Positions 51,324 through 61,806 are shown, counted from the first letter of the stretch. The stretch: DNA of 64,000 bases from a bacterium (GCA_037446635.1 JBBIIG010000002.1:128001-192000); one strand, 5' to 3'. Notes: generated by a model from the sequence alone, not told the origin. A program made the numbers and translations.

Positions 51324-52298
51324 GTGTCGCTAAACGAAATCTATAAACCGATTAAGCAAGAGTTGGCGGCGTATGAAACGGAATTCCGCAAGCTTTTGAA
51401 ATCGAATGTTTTCATCATCGACAAAGTGGTGCAGTACATCATTGCCAATAAGGGCAAACGGTTGCGGCCGATTTTGGTGATTCTCACCAGCAAGCTGCAC
51501 AACGGCCAGGCGCTCGACAGCCGCAATCTCAAAGCCGCGGCGATCATGGAGCTGTTCCACACCGCCACCCTGGTGCACGATGACGTGGTGGACGGCTCCC
51601 ACCAGCGGCGGGGCATGCCCTCCATCAATTCCATTTGGAAAAACAAAGTCTCGGTGCTGATGGGCGATTATCTTTTTTCCAAAGCGCTGCTGGCGATGTT
51701 GAGCTTGAAAAGCTTGCGGGCGTACGAAATCATCTCCGAAACCGCCGAACGGATGGCGCAGGGCGAGCTGTTGGGCGTGGAGCGCAGCAAAGATTTTTGG
51801 ATGGACGAGCAGGTCTATTTTCAATTGATTGCGGACAAAACCGCCTCGCTGCTGTCGGCGGCGTGCCAATTGGGCGCGGTGTCCTCCAGCGACCGCGAAG
51901 ACGACATCGCCGCCATGAAAAGCTTCGGCGAAAACCTCGGCATCGCCTTTCAAATCCGCGACGATCTGCTCGATATTTTGGGTGTCGAAAAAACCACCGG
52001 CAAACCGCTCGGCAACGACATCCGCGAAAACAAAGTGACGCTGCCGCTGCTGTACGCGCTGAAGCAAGCCGAGCGCCGCGAAGCCCGCCGCATCATTAGT
52101 CTTATGCGGAGGAAGGACAAGCGCCACTTGCAGGAGATTATCGAATTCGTCAAAACCCACGGCGGCGTTGACTACGCGATGCAGGTTGCCAACGAGTACA
52201 GCGCCAAGGCCCTGCGCACTCTGGAGCGCTATCCGGAATCGGAATATAAAAAATCGCTGGTCGCCCTGGTGAAGTTCATTACCACGCGTGAGAGTTGA
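51324..52298 (+). CDS. Polyprenyl diphosphate synthase (IspB/HepT-like)
   Basis: GKRLRP, LVHDDVVD, RRG and FQIRDDLLD motifs. Confidence 0.93.
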   Translation: MSLNEIYKPIKQELAAYETEFRKLLKSNVFIIDKVVQYIIANKGKRLRPILVILTSKLHNGQALDSRNLKAAAIMELFHTATLVHDDVVDGSHQRRGMPSINSIWKNKVSVLMGDYLFSKALLAMLSLKSLRAYEIISETAERMAQGELLGVERSKDFWMDEQVYFQLIADKTASLLSAACQLGAVSSSDREDDIAAMKSFGENLGIAFQIRDDLLDILGVEKTTGKPLGNDIRENKVTLPLLYALKQAERREARRIISLMRRKDKRHLQEIIEFVKTHGGVDYAMQVANEYSAKALRTLERYPESEYKKSLVALVKFITTRES

Positions 52299-53325
52299 GG
52301 TGCCTAAAGGTTTTCCGCTAACCGGGGTTTTCGTTCTATTATATTTTTGTACATGCGCTCGCGACGACGTTCAGCTTTTCTCAGAAAGACAAGTGATGAT
52401 GGACACCCTGGTGTCCATCACCATTTATGCTGAAACCGAGCCGCCGCAGTGGCGCAATCACGTTCGCGCCGCGTTTGACTCGATGCGCAAAATCGAGACG
52501 CTGGCCAGCTCATACGACGATTCCAGCGAGATCGGCAAAATCAATTTGAACGCCGGCCGCCGGCCGGTAGCCGTTAGCCCAGAGGTTTTGCATTTGATTC
52601 GCGAATCACAAAACCTCAGCGCGCGCACCGACGGCGCATTCGATATCACGGTGTGGCCGCTGGCGCGATTGTGGGACGTGAAGTCGCCGGCGCCGCAGGT
52701 GCCGCCGGCGGATCAAATTGCAGAAAAAAGAAAGCTGGTGGATTACCGCCAAATCGTTTTGCACGACGCCAGCGTTTTTTTGCCGGTGAGCGGCATGGGG
52801 CTGGACTTGGGGGCGATTGCCAAAGGTTTTGCGGTTGATTGCGCGGTTCAGGTTTTGCGCGAGTATGAATATGAGGATTTTTTAGTAGAAGCCGGCGGCG
52901 ATTTGCGCGCCGCGGCTGGAAATTTGACTAAGGGCCGCCGCATGATTTGGGTGCGCCACCCGCGCCAGCCCGGCAAATTTTTCGCCGCTATCAAATTGGA
53001 TGAAGGCGCCGTCGCCACCTCCGGCGATTACGAGCGCTCATTTGAAAAAGCAGGCCAGCGCTACCATCACATTTTGGATCCGCAGAGCGGCTACCCGGCC
53101 GCGCCCACCGTCAGCGTCACCGTGATTGCGGAAACCTCGGAGCTGGCCGACGCCACCTCGACGGCAGTATTTGTGTTGGGGCCAGAGCGCGGGATGGACT
53201 ATCTCGAGGCCAATCCCAATTTGGCCGGTTTGATTATTTACCGGGAGGCTTCAAAAAGCGGCGAGGTCTTGAATTGGAAAATTTCAAAAAACTTGGTGGG
53301 CAGAATTCAAATTTTGCAAAAATGA
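52288..53325 (+). CDS. apbE: FAD:protein FMN transferase
   Basis: GAFDIT, DLGAIAKG, EAGGD, ATSGDYER, HHILDP and ADA motifs. Confidence 0.92.
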   Translation: MRVEVPKGFPLTGVFVLLYFCTCARDDVQLFSERQVMMDTLVSITIYAETEPPQWRNHVRAAFDSMRKIETLASSYDDSSEIGKINLNAGRRPVAVSPEVLHLIRESQNLSARTDGAFDITVWPLARLWDVKSPAPQVPPADQIAEKRKLVDYRQIVLHDASVFLPVSGMGLDLGAIAKGFAVDCAVQVLREYEYEDFLVEAGGDLRAAAGNLTKGRRMIWVRHPRQPGKFFAAIKLDEGAVATSGDYERSFEKAGQRYHHILDPQSGYPAAPTVSVTVIAETSELADATSTAVFVLGPERGMDYLEANPNLAGLIIYREASKSGEVLNWKISKNLVGRIQILQK

Positions 53326-53340
53326 GGTTGAAATAATTTT

Positions 53341-54276
53341 ATGCCGAGAACGTTGGTCACCGGCGGCGCCGGTTTTTTAGGCTCGCACATCTGTGAATAT
53401 CTGCTTCAAAAAGGCCACGAAGTGATCGCGATGGACAACCTTTCCACCGGCGCCGTGGCGAACATCGAGCATTTGCAATCCGAGCAATTCAAATTCGTCA
53501 AGCATAATGTCACCGAGTATATCTATACCGCCGGCCCCATTGATTACGTTCTGCATTTTGCCTCGCCGGCCAGCCCCAAAGATTATCTCGAAATGCCGAT
53601 TCAAACCTTGAAAGTTGGCGCGCTGGGAACCCACAAAGCTTTGGGTTTGGCGTTGGAAAAAAAGGCCGTTTTTCTTCTGGCTTCCACCTCCGAAGTTTAC
53701 GGCGACCCCCAGGTGCACCCCCAGCGCGAGGATTACTGGGGGCACGTCAATCCCGTGGGCCCGCGCGGCGTGTATGATGAAGCCAAGCGCTTCGCGGAAG
53801 CCATGACCATGGCCTACCATCGCTATCACGGGCTTGATACGAAAATCGTGCGCATCTTCAACACTTACGGCCCGCGCATGCGCCCCAACGACGGCCGCGC
53901 GATTCCGGCGTTCATTCCGCAGGCGTTGAAAAATCAGCCCATCACGGTTTTCGGCGACGGCTCGCAAACCCGCAGCTTCTGTTACGTGGACGATTTGGTG
54001 GAAGGCATCTACCGGCTGCTGGTTTCGGATTACCACGATCCCATCAACATCGGCAACCCCAACGAGATGACGGTCAAAGAATTGGCGGAGACGATCATTA
54101 GCGTCACCGGCAGCCAAAGTCAGATCGTTTTCAAACCGCTGCCGGTGGACGATCCCAAAGTGCGCCAGCCCAACATCGAGAAAGCCCAAACCATACTTGG
54201 CTGGGCGCCGCGGGTGGGGCTCGAAGAAGGACTGAAAAAAACCGTCGCCTGGTTTAAAGAGCAGGAAGACAAATAA
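53341..54276 (+). CDS. UDP-glucuronate decarboxylase-family SDR
   Basis: [29 protein letters not shown] and [10 protein letters not shown] motifs. Confidence 0.92.
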   Translation: MPRTLVTGGAGFLGSHICEYLLQKGHEVIAMDNLSTGAVANIEHLQSEQFKFVKHNVTEYIYTAGPIDYVLHFASPASPKDYLEMPIQTLKVGALGTHKALGLALEKKAVFLLASTSEVYGDPQVHPQREDYWGHVNPVGPRGVYDEAKRFAEAMTMAYHRYHGLDTKIVRIFNTYGPRMRPNDGRAIPAFIPQALKNQPITVFGDGSQTRSFCYVDDLVEGIYRLLVSDYHDPINIGNPNEMTVKELAETIISVTGSQSQIVFKPLPVDDPKVRQPNIEKAQTILGWAPRVGLEEGLKKTVAWFKEQEDK

Positions 54277-54325
54277 TCGGCAAGGCAGCCACGGCGAAAC
54301 TTGACTGGAGGAATCAAAAACGGAG

Positions 54326-54679
54326 TTGACCTCAAAACGCTTAGCGCGCAAAATCGCAAATCTATCTTTAGAAAAAAAAGCCGAACAAGTTTTGATTTTG
54401 GATTTGCGGCGCTTGACCACCATGACCGATTATTTCGTTATTTGCACCGGCGCCAGCAACACCCAGGTCAAAGCCATCTCCGATCATATCTCCGAAAGCT
54501 TGCGTACGGAAAAAATCCGTCCCTTGCACATCGAAGGGGAAATGGCGCAGGAGTGGATTTTGCTCGATTACATCAGCGTCGTGGTGCACGTTTTCCAACC
54601 CGAGAAGCGCGAATTTTATGCGCTGGAGCGCCTGTGGGGGGACGCCAAAATTGAAGAAGTGAAAGATGAAATCGTATGA
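54326..54679 (+). CDS. rsfS: Ribosome silencing factor
   Basis: EKKAE, DYFVICTG, WILLDY and REFYALERLW motifs. Confidence 0.95.
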   Translation: MTSKRLARKIANLSLEKKAEQVLILDLRRLTTMTDYFVICTGASNTQVKAISDHISESLRTEKIRPLHIEGEMAQEWILLDYISVVVHVFQPEKREFYALERLWGDAKIEEVKDEIV

Positions 54680-56322
54680 ACGGTGAAGCTTATCTCCGGC
54701 AAAAATTGACGCAGGCTTTGAAGGCGCTGGCCGCCGACGGCGAAATGGAAATCGCGCTGGAGCGCCCCAAAGCGGCAGAGCACGGCGACCTCGCCGCCAA
54801 CGTCGCGATGCTTTTGTCGAAAAAATTGAAACGCCCGCCGCGCGAGATTGCCAACGAAATTTTACAAAATTTGGAATTGGACGACGCGGTGGTGTCGAGT
54901 GTAGAAGTGGCCGGCGCCGGCTTTATCAATTTTCGCTTCAGCGAGTCCTATTTCCGCAACGCCCTGCAGGAAATTCTGCGGCGCGGGAAAAATTTTGGCC
55001 GCGCCGATTGGGGGCGCCAGAAAAAAATTCAGATTGAATTTGTGAGCGCCAACCCCACCGGGCCGCTTAACATCGTCAGCGCACGCGCCGCCACGGTGGG
55101 GGACGTGCTGGCGAATTTGTTTGACGCCGCCGGCTTCGCGGTTCAGCGAGAATATTACGTCAACGACGCCGGTCGCCAGGTGCGGCTGCTGGGGATGTCG
55201 GTGAGCGCGCGCTACATGGAGTTGCTGGGAAAAAGCGAGCCCTTTCCGGAAGAAGGCTACCACGGCGAGTACATTCGCCAGCTCGCCAACGAAATTTTGA
55301 GCGAAGAAGGGGAGGCGCCCGCCGGGTGGGACGCGGAAACGCGCTGGTCGAAGTTCTCGAAAATTGCGCTGGAGAAAATCCTCGCCTCCCAGCAGCAGAC
55401 GCTGGCGCGCTTCGGCGTGCGCTTCGACAACTGGTTCCGCGAAAGCGACCTGCGCGCCGCCAATTCCCATCTCGAAGTCTTGAATCTGCTGGACGAAAAA
55501 GGCCTGTTGTACGAAAAAGACGGCGCGCGTTGGTTCAAGTCGTCCGACTTTGGAGACGAAAAAGATCGCGTGCTGGTGACCAGCGACGGCGAGCCGACCT
55601 ATTTTTTGGTGGACATCGCCTATCATTTAACCAAGTACCAGCGCGGGTTCGAGATGATTTACGATCTCTGGGGCCCCGACCACCACGGTTACATCGAGCG
55701 CATGAAAGCCGCGCTGCAGGCGCTGGGATATCCGCGCGACAGCTTTGAGGTCAGCATCATCCAGCAGGTGAATCTCATCGAAGGCGGGGAAGTGGTGAAG
55801 ATGTCGAAGCGCGCCGGCAAGATCATCGAAATGGCGGAGCTGATCGAGGAGGTGGGCGTGGACGTGGCGCGCTTTTTTTTCGCGGAACGCCGCACCCAGA
55901 GCCCGCTGGATTTCGATCTCGATCTGGCAAAAAACACCTCGGAGGAAAATCCAGTTTACTACGTGCAGTACGCCCACGCCCGCATTTGCAATATTCTCAA
56001 ATTCGCCCGCGAGCAGGGTCAGCCGTTTTCCCCGCAGGCCGATTTGAATCTTTTGCAAGAAGCCGAGGTGATGACGCTCATCAAAAAACTGCTGGAGTAT
56101 CCGGAGGTGATCTCGAAAGCCGCGCGCTTTCTGGAGCCGCACCGCGTTCCGACTTATCTGCAGGAGTTAGCGGCGGCCTTTCACCGATTTTATCACCACC
56201 ACCAGGTGGTATCCCAAAACCGTGAGTTGACGAAAGCGCGGCTGCTGCTGGTGGAAGCCACGCGCATCGTGTTGGCCAACGGCTTGTCGATACTGGGGAT
56301 TTCGGCGCCGGAACGGATGTAG
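54676..56322 (+). CDS. argS: Arginine--tRNA ligase
   Basis: HGDLA, GFINF, SANPTGPL, EYYVND, KMSKR, YVQYAHAR and APERM motifs. Confidence 0.96.
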   Translation: MNGEAYLRQKLTQALKALAADGEMEIALERPKAAEHGDLAANVAMLLSKKLKRPPREIANEILQNLELDDAVVSSVEVAGAGFINFRFSESYFRNALQEILRRGKNFGRADWGRQKKIQIEFVSANPTGPLNIVSARAATVGDVLANLFDAAGFAVQREYYVNDAGRQVRLLGMSVSARYMELLGKSEPFPEEGYHGEYIRQLANEILSEEGEAPAGWDAETRWSKFSKIALEKILASQQQTLARFGVRFDNWFRESDLRAANSHLEVLNLLDEKGLLYEKDGARWFKSSDFGDEKDRVLVTSDGEPTYFLVDIAYHLTKYQRGFEMIYDLWGPDHHGYIERMKAALQALGYPRDSFEVSIIQQVNLIEGGEVVKMSKRAGKIIEMAELIEEVGVDVARFFFAERRTQSPLDFDLDLAKNTSEENPVYYVQYAHARICNILKFAREQGQPFSPQADLNLLQEAEVMTLIKKLLEYPEVISKAARFLEPHRVPTYLQELAAAFHRFYHHHQVVSQNRELTKARLLLVEATRIVLANGLSILGISAPERM

Positions 56323-56323
56323 T

Positions 56324-56464
56324 TTGAAATTCGAAATCCTAAACTCGAAATCCGAAGCAAATTAAAAGCACCAAATTTATAAATGATAGAAGTCAATCCC
56401 AGCTCATCATGGAATATTGAATTTCGGATTTGTTTCGGATTTCGTATTTCGACATTCGGATTTT
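56324..56464. repeat. Inverted degenerate heptamer array
   Basis: TCGAAAT CCTAAAC TCGAAAT CCGAAGC ... ATTTCGG ATTTGTT TCGG ATTTCGT ATTTCGA CATTCGG. Confidence 0.7.
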
Positions 56465-56498
56465 AATAACACTTCAGGGCATTAAAAAATTTTAAACA

Positions 56499-57419
56499 AT
56501 GAGTATCCTCGTAGTTGGTTCCGTCGCCCTCGATCACGTTGAGACGCCCTTTGGCTCGGTCAAAGACGCTCTCGGCGGATCGTCGATTTATTTTGCCGCC
56601 GCCGCTTCCTATTTTGCGCCCGTGCGCATCGTTGGGGTGGTTGGCGACGACTTCCCGCACCAGCAGCTCGATTTTTTGAAAAAACGCAATGTTGATTTTC
56701 AGGGACTGGAGACCCAGCCCGGCAAAAGCTTTCGCTGGGGTGGACGGTATGATTTCGATCTCAACTCCCGAACCACGCTCTTCACCGATCTCAACGTTTT
56801 CGAAAAATTTAAGCCGGTGATTCCGGAATCCTATCGCGACAGCGAGTTTGTTTTTCTGGGGAATATCGCGCCGGATTTGCAGTTGGATATTCTCAACCAA
56901 ATTCATTCGCCAAAATTGGTGGCGCTGGATACGATGAACTACTGGATTTCAGGCAGCCTCGCCGATCTTCACAAAACTCTCAAAAAAGTCCACGTGCTTT
57001 TGCTCAACGATTCTGAGGCGCGGCAATTAGCGCAGGAAGCGAATTTAGTGAAGGCTTCGCGCATCATTCGCAAAATGGGGCCGGGAGTTTTGGTTATAAA
57101 AAAGGGCGAGCACGGCGCGATGATGTTCATCGATGAAACGATCTTCTCGGCGCCGGCCTTTCCTCTCGAAACCATTTTTGATCCCACCGGCGCCGGCGAC
57201 ACCTTTGCCGGCGGTTTTATGGGATATCTCGCCAAAGTTAAAAACGCCACTGCGGAGACCTACAAACGCGCGCTGGTTTTTGGCAGCACCCTGGCCTCCT
57301 TCTGCGTGGAAAGTTTTAGCGTGGAACGCTTGAAAAATTTGACGCCGGACGAAATTCGCGAGCGTTTCAAAGCCTTCTGGCTGATGACGAATTTCGATCA
57401 TCTTAATAGCGGATTTTGA
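56499..57419 (+). CDS. PfkB-family carbohydrate/nucleoside kinase
   Basis: VGSVALD, LGGS, GVVGDD, KKGEHG and DPTGAGDTFAGG motifs. Confidence 0.92.
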   Translation: MSILVVGSVALDHVETPFGSVKDALGGSSIYFAAAASYFAPVRIVGVVGDDFPHQQLDFLKKRNVDFQGLETQPGKSFRWGGRYDFDLNSRTTLFTDLNVFEKFKPVIPESYRDSEFVFLGNIAPDLQLDILNQIHSPKLVALDTMNYWISGSLADLHKTLKKVHVLLLNDSEARQLAQEANLVKASRIIRKMGPGVLVIKKGEHGAMMFIDETIFSAPAFPLETIFDPTGAGDTFAGGFMGYLAKVKNATAETYKRALVFGSTLASFCVESFSVERLKNLTPDEIRERFKAFWLMTNFDHLNSGF

Positions 57420-57451
57420 TTTCAGCTTGTAGAACGGACAACGAACCATCC

Positions 57452-57871
57452 ATGAAAATCATAACCGATGCCATCGAAATATCCACCAAAGGCCGCACCG
57501 ATATCATCGACATCACCGGCGACGTGGAACGGTTGCTGCAAAAATCGGAATTGCGGGAAGGGCAGCTCACCGTTTTCATTTCCGGTTCCACCGCCGGCGT
57601 CACCACTATCGAATTTGAACCCGGACTTTTAAAGGATTTGAAGGAGGCGTTCGAGAAAATCGCGCCCACCCCTGTGCGCTACCACCACGAAGCTACTTGG
57701 TGCGACCGCAACGGCTACGCGCATGTGCGCGCGGCGCTGTTGGGCGCTTCGTTTTCCGCGCCATTCAAAGAGGGCCGCCTGCTTTTAGGAACGTGGCAGC
57801 AGATCGTGGTGATCGATTTCGACAACCGCCCGCGCCGGCGCGGCGTTGTGGTGCAGATGATCGGGGAGTGA
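57452..57871 (+). CDS. YjbQ/UPF0047-family protein
   Basis: IIDIT, STAG, NGYAH and LGTWQQI motifs. Confidence 0.9.
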   Translation: MKIITDAIEISTKGRTDIIDITGDVERLLQKSELREGQLTVFISGSTAGVTTIEFEPGLLKDLKEAFEKIAPTPVRYHHEATWCDRNGYAHVRAALLGASFSAPFKEGRLLLGTWQQIVVIDFDNRPRRRGVVVQMIGE

Positions 57872-57926
57872 TTTCCCTATTTCTTCTGATAACGGATTTT
57901 ATGTCTGTCAAAAGTTTCTTGGAAAA

Positions 57927-58700
57927 TCAAGCGCGTTTATAATGAAGAAAAAGCAAACCTGCCGCAAGCGCCCCCAATAGATGCCAGAGCGCGTGCCCCT
58001 GCAGCCAACTGGTCGGCTCGCAAAGAATTTTTGTGATGTCGAGAATCCAAATCAGGAAACCCAGCCCGAACGACGCCACCGCCAGTCGCAGATAATAATT
58101 TTGAGCGGCCGGCTTTTTTGAGCACGCCAGAAACTCCCAACTCAAAGCCGCGATTACCAGCCCTGCGAAAATGTAGCGGCGCAGCTCTGGGAAGACGATT
58201 AGAAAATAGGCCAGCACAGCGTTGAGAATGATGAACCACCCGGCGAACCCGGGCCGCGGCAATTTATTTAAGCGGGAAAAATTTAATAGAAGCACAAACG
58301 TGATAAGCAGGTACATTCCCAGCACATCGAAAAACTGCCCCACAAAACTCAGCGAGGCGTGATAAAACGCGCTGCCGAGTCCGATGATGAAAAGCGAGCC
58401 GGCGTAGAGTTGCGTCGCCGCCCGATTTTTTAGAGTCAGGTTCGATCTCGTTGTATTGAAATTAGCGAACCGGCGCCGCGGCGCCGAAACAAGCACACTC
58501 AACCCAACCAGCACAAAACTTAACGACGACCAGGTGTTCGCGGGTTGAGCAATCGCTCCGGGGCGAATTTCTTCGCAGAAGCAATCATCCGGCATGCAGG
58601 TGGCTGGTCGCCAGGATCGCCAGTCATCGCTCAAATAAAATAGGGATAGCGCCGCCGCAGCTAAAAATGAAAGCGTGATCGACGGGGTTATGTAATTCAC
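57927..58700 (-). CDS. Ceramidase-like (CREST superfamily) membrane hydrolase
   Basis: FCE, QPANTWS, GSAFYH, D and HALWH motifs; about 7 TM helices. Confidence 0.75.
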   Translation of the reverse strand: MNYITPSITLSFLAAAALSLFYLSDDWRSWRPATCMPDDCFCEEIRPGAIAQPANTWSSLSFVLVGLSVLVSAPRRRFANFNTTRSNLTLKNRAATQLYAGSLFIIGLGSAFYHASLSFVGQFFDVLGMYLLITFVLLLNFSRLNKLPRPGFAGWFIILNAVLAYFLIVFPELRRYIFAGLVIAALSWEFLACSKKPAAQNYYLRLAVASFGLGFLIWILDITKILCEPTSWLQGHALWHLLGALAAGLLFLHYKRA

Positions 58701-58708
58701 GCGCTCTT

Positions 58709-59428
58709 TTAAAAATTGAATGACACGCCCAACAGGTACGTGAGCAGATCGGTGCGGGAACGCAGCGCGTCAATTTCAACTTCGCCATCCCTGACCGTGA
58801 TCGAGCCTTCTTTTAAGTAGGTTGCCTCGCCGCCAAATAAATAGCGGATGCGAAAGTCAATCAACACTTCACGCAAACGCACGCCGCCGTCCGGCCGCTG
58901 CGATTGATACACCCGCAGCATCACGCCGCCGCCGGCGCCGTAACTCAACGCCGCGTCGTCCTGATTGGTTGAGGAGGCAATCGGTTCGCCGAGAACGTCC
59001 TCATCGCGAACGGAGGTTTCCGTGAAAAAATAATTCACTCCGAACAAGCCATCGAGATAGGGGCGAAACGAGCCGGTCGGACTTTGCAGCCGCGCCAGCA
59101 AATGAAAAAGCAAAATGTTGTTCGAGGTTTCGACCTCCACGGTGACATCCGGAATGGTTTCGCTGAATGGCACCCGGCGGGTTTGGCTGCCATAAATCAT
59201 ATACTGGATTTCGGTGCCGAGCATAATCGGCGAGCTGCCAAAGTGGTAGCCAAAATTGCCGCCGAGTCCAAAGCCGAGATCTTCGACGTTGTCTTGAAAT
59301 TCGTTTTGCGGTTGGCCGAGAAGCAAATTCAGGCTGGCTTGCAGATGTTGCCCGCGAGCAGCCGGGGCGATGACCAGCAGGCCAACGATGCTCAAAACAG
59401 CCGACTTGAAAAAGGGTTTCATCTCCAT
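58709..59428 (-). CDS. Outer-membrane beta-barrel protein
   Basis: Signal peptide; alternating beta strands (RPYLDG, LSYGAGGG); C-terminal Phe. Confidence 0.7.
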   Translation of the reverse strand: MEMKPFFKSAVLSIVGLLVIAPAARGQHLQASLNLLLGQPQNEFQDNVEDLGFGLGGNFGYHFGSSPIMLGTEIQYMIYGSQTRRVPFSETIPDVTVEVETSNNILLFHLLARLQSPTGSFRPYLDGLFGVNYFFTETSVRDEDVLGEPIASSTNQDDAALSYGAGGGVMLRVYQSQRPDGGVRLREVLIDFRIRYLFGGEATYLKEGSITVRDGEVEIDALRSRTDLLTYLLGVSFNF

Positions 59429-59493
59429 CCCTCCGGCTAAATCTTTTGTTCGACCTTTACTAACCTTTAAGGTTTAGTAAAGGTAGTAAAAGG

Positions 59494-60162
59494 TTAATTC
59501 TTCGGCATGTTTTTTCTTAACTGCTCCAACATCTTCAGCGGGTCTTCCCCTTCGGTGTATTTGATGTTGATGGGGCGCTGCAATTTTTTCGGATCGGCCG
59601 TGTCGCTGATTTTCGTGGCGGTGTAAGTGACCTGCTGGCCCATCATGTTGACTTCGGTTTTGAGCGGCACCCCATTCCAAATCCAGGTCTTGCTGCCGAG
59701 GCTTTTGATTTCCCACACCTCGCAATTTTTGCCCAAGAAGGTTTCCGTGCCGATCTGTTTTCCGCCCATGTCTTTTAACATCTGCTTGCCGGCGTCCTGC
59801 ACGTCTTTGCCTTCAAGGTTTTTCATGATGCTGTTTTCTATTTTGGTGCCGGTGTTGGTGTTGAGATCCACCGTGTAAATCGTGGAACCTTCGAGGTAGG
59901 TGGCGTTATTGGTTTTCTGGCTGAAGCTCCCCATCTTGACTTCGGTGTTGGTGAATTTGGCTTCGCGCGCGCCAAAGTCATCGAAGTAGAGAGTTTCGGT
60001 TCCCGACATCATGCTGCCGGTGATTTGATATTCGATCGTGCCGCTTTTTTGATTATAGCGTTTTAGCTTCGCGGCGGTTTGCAACGCGAGGATTGACCCG
60101 CAGAATACGAAGGTGGCGAGCGTTGCGAGGGCTGCTTTTGAAGTAGCGATGCGATTGAACAT
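59494..60162 (-). CDS. Secreted hypothetical protein (DUF4412-like)
   Basis: Signal peptide; GTETFLGKNCEVW and WIWNGVPLK motifs. Confidence 0.6.
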   Translation of the reverse strand: MFNRIATSKAALATLATFVFCGSILALQTAAKLKRYNQKSGTIEYQITGSMMSGTETLYFDDFGAREAKFTNTEVKMGSFSQKTNNATYLEGSTIYTVDLNTNTGTKIENSIMKNLEGKDVQDAGKQMLKDMGGKQIGTETFLGKNCEVWEIKSLGSKTWIWNGVPLKTEVNMMGQQVTYTATKISDTADPKKLQRPINIKYTEGEDPLKMLEQLRKNMPKN

Positions 60163-60191
60163 GATGCCTCCTGATGAAATTAAGAGTGAGA

Positions 60192-61202
60192 TTAAATGTT
60201 TAGCAAAATTTTGCCCGTGCTGTTTCGAGATTCGATGAAGGCGTGCGCTTCGGCGGCTTGCTCAAACTTAAAGACTCTACCGATGATCGGGCGGATTTGC
60301 GTAGCGGTCACAAATTTTCGCAGATTTTCAAAGATAGCGTGTAGCCGCTGCGGCTGCGCGAGCAGGTAGCCCAGATGGCTTGCCATGACGCCGACAGACT
60401 TTTCCGCCATTTTCAGGATATTGGCGCGCGGCAAATCGCGCCAGGTTCGCCAGATCGAAAACGGATTCCACCAATTTAAATCCAAACTTGCGAACCCGGC
60501 TACCACTAACCGGCCAAACGGATTGAGTGAATTAAAACTTTCTTTGAAAATGTTTCCGCCCACCATTTCCAGAACTACATCCACGCCATTGGCCGCCTGC
60601 CGCAGTTTTGCGAAAGCATCGCCGTTGCGATAATTGAAGGCATCGGCAGCGCCCAACTTTTTTACCAGCTCGACTTTTTCATCGCTGCCGGCTAAACCAA
60701 AAACTCGGCAGCCGTTTTTCGCGGCCAGTTGAATCGCCGCCGTGCCCACGCCGCCCGCCGCCGCGGTGACTAACAACGTTTCGTGTTTTTGCAGCCGCGC
60801 CAACTCGAACAGCGCCACCCACGCGGTCATGTAATTCACGGCAAACGCCGCATTCTCTTCGATGGTGAAATGCGCGAGGGCAGGCAGCGCCTGCTGTTCC
60901 GGCACCGCGATTTTTTCGGCGTAGCCGCCAAATTGCGCCCCGACGATCACCCGCTCTCCGATGCGCGCGGAGTCAACTCCACTGCCAACTTGTTCGATGA
61001 CGCCCGCGCCTTCCATTCCCAAAATGTAGGGACGTTTCGGCGCCCAGCCGTAAAGCCCTTTGCGCGAGAGAATTTCCGCGTAGTTCACGCCGATGCCCTG
61101 CAGCCGCACCAGAACTTCGCCGGCGCCGGGAATGGGGTCATTCACTTCCGAAATCCGCAACACCTCTGGCTTGCCGGTTTTGGTGAGGAGGTACGCTTTC
61201 AT
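60192..61202 (-). CDS. MDR-family quinone oxidoreductase-like protein
   Basis: GVNYAE, GMEGAG, AAAGGVG and GKILL motifs. Confidence 0.88.
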   Translation of the reverse strand: MKAYLLTKTGKPEVLRISEVNDPIPGAGEVLVRLQGIGVNYAEILSRKGLYGWAPKRPYILGMEGAGVIEQVGSGVDSARIGERVIVGAQFGGYAEKIAVPEQQALPALAHFTIEENAAFAVNYMTAWVALFELARLQKHETLLVTAAAGGVGTAAIQLAAKNGCRVFGLAGSDEKVELVKKLGAADAFNYRNGDAFAKLRQAANGVDVVLEMVGGNIFKESFNSLNPFGRLVVAGFASLDLNWWNPFSIWRTWRDLPRANILKMAEKSVGVMASHLGYLLAQPQRLHAIFENLRKFVTATQIRPIIGRVFKFEQAAEAHAFIESRNSTGKILLNI

Positions 61203-61621
61203 CGGCGGAACGCTGGAAACTTATTTTGAAACAACCGGGGTAAATCAGCTATCAGCATTTTGATCGTTGGTTCCTGTACCATCTCACGAGCTTTTTCAGC
61301 TGCGACCCACCGACGAGTTCGAAAGCTTGCCTCCGGCCAATTCTCCAGCACTTCTTCAACCTGCATCAAAAATACCTGCACGTGACAGACACCGCCCCAT
61401 TTTTCGTATTCGTATTCTCCAACCATTTCGGTGAGAACTTGCCCGCGAATGCCAGCTTCTTCGTAGGCCTCCTGTGCTGCGGTCTCGACTGCGGTCATCC
61501 CGTCATCAATAATTCCTTTCGGAACGATCCAGCGGTGGCCGCCGCGCGCAGTGATGAGCAGAATTTCCAATTTTCCGTCAACGATGCGAAACGGGATGAC
61601 GGCGGATTGGGGGTAGGTCAT
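61199..61621 (-). CDS. NUDIX hydrolase
   Basis: PKG...AAQEAYEEAG Nudix box. Confidence 0.88.
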   Translation of the reverse strand: MTYPQSAVIPFRIVDGKLEILLITARGGHRWIVPKGIIDDGMTAVETAAQEAYEEAGIRGQVLTEMVGEYEYEKWGGVCHVQVFLMQVEEVLENWPEASFRTRRWVAAEKAREMVQEPTIKMLIADLPRLFQNKFPAFRR

Positions 61622-61666
61622 TTTGGATATATCAGATTTATTAGTCTGAAAAATAGATTAAAATGC

Positions 61667-61806
61667 GGATTGCTGGAGTAATGGAGTACTGGATTGCTGG
61701 ATCAATGAATTGCTGGTTTGATGGTACAATGTAATACCTTGCTCGCCAATGGTCAGTACTCCAAAACTCCCGTACTCTATTAATCCAAGCTCCATTACTC
61801 TAATCC
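61667..61806. repeat. Inverted degenerate octamer array
   Basis: GGATTGCT GGAGTAAT GGAGTACT GGATTGCT ... AGTACTCC AAAACTCC ... ATTACTCT AATCC. Confidence 0.7.
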
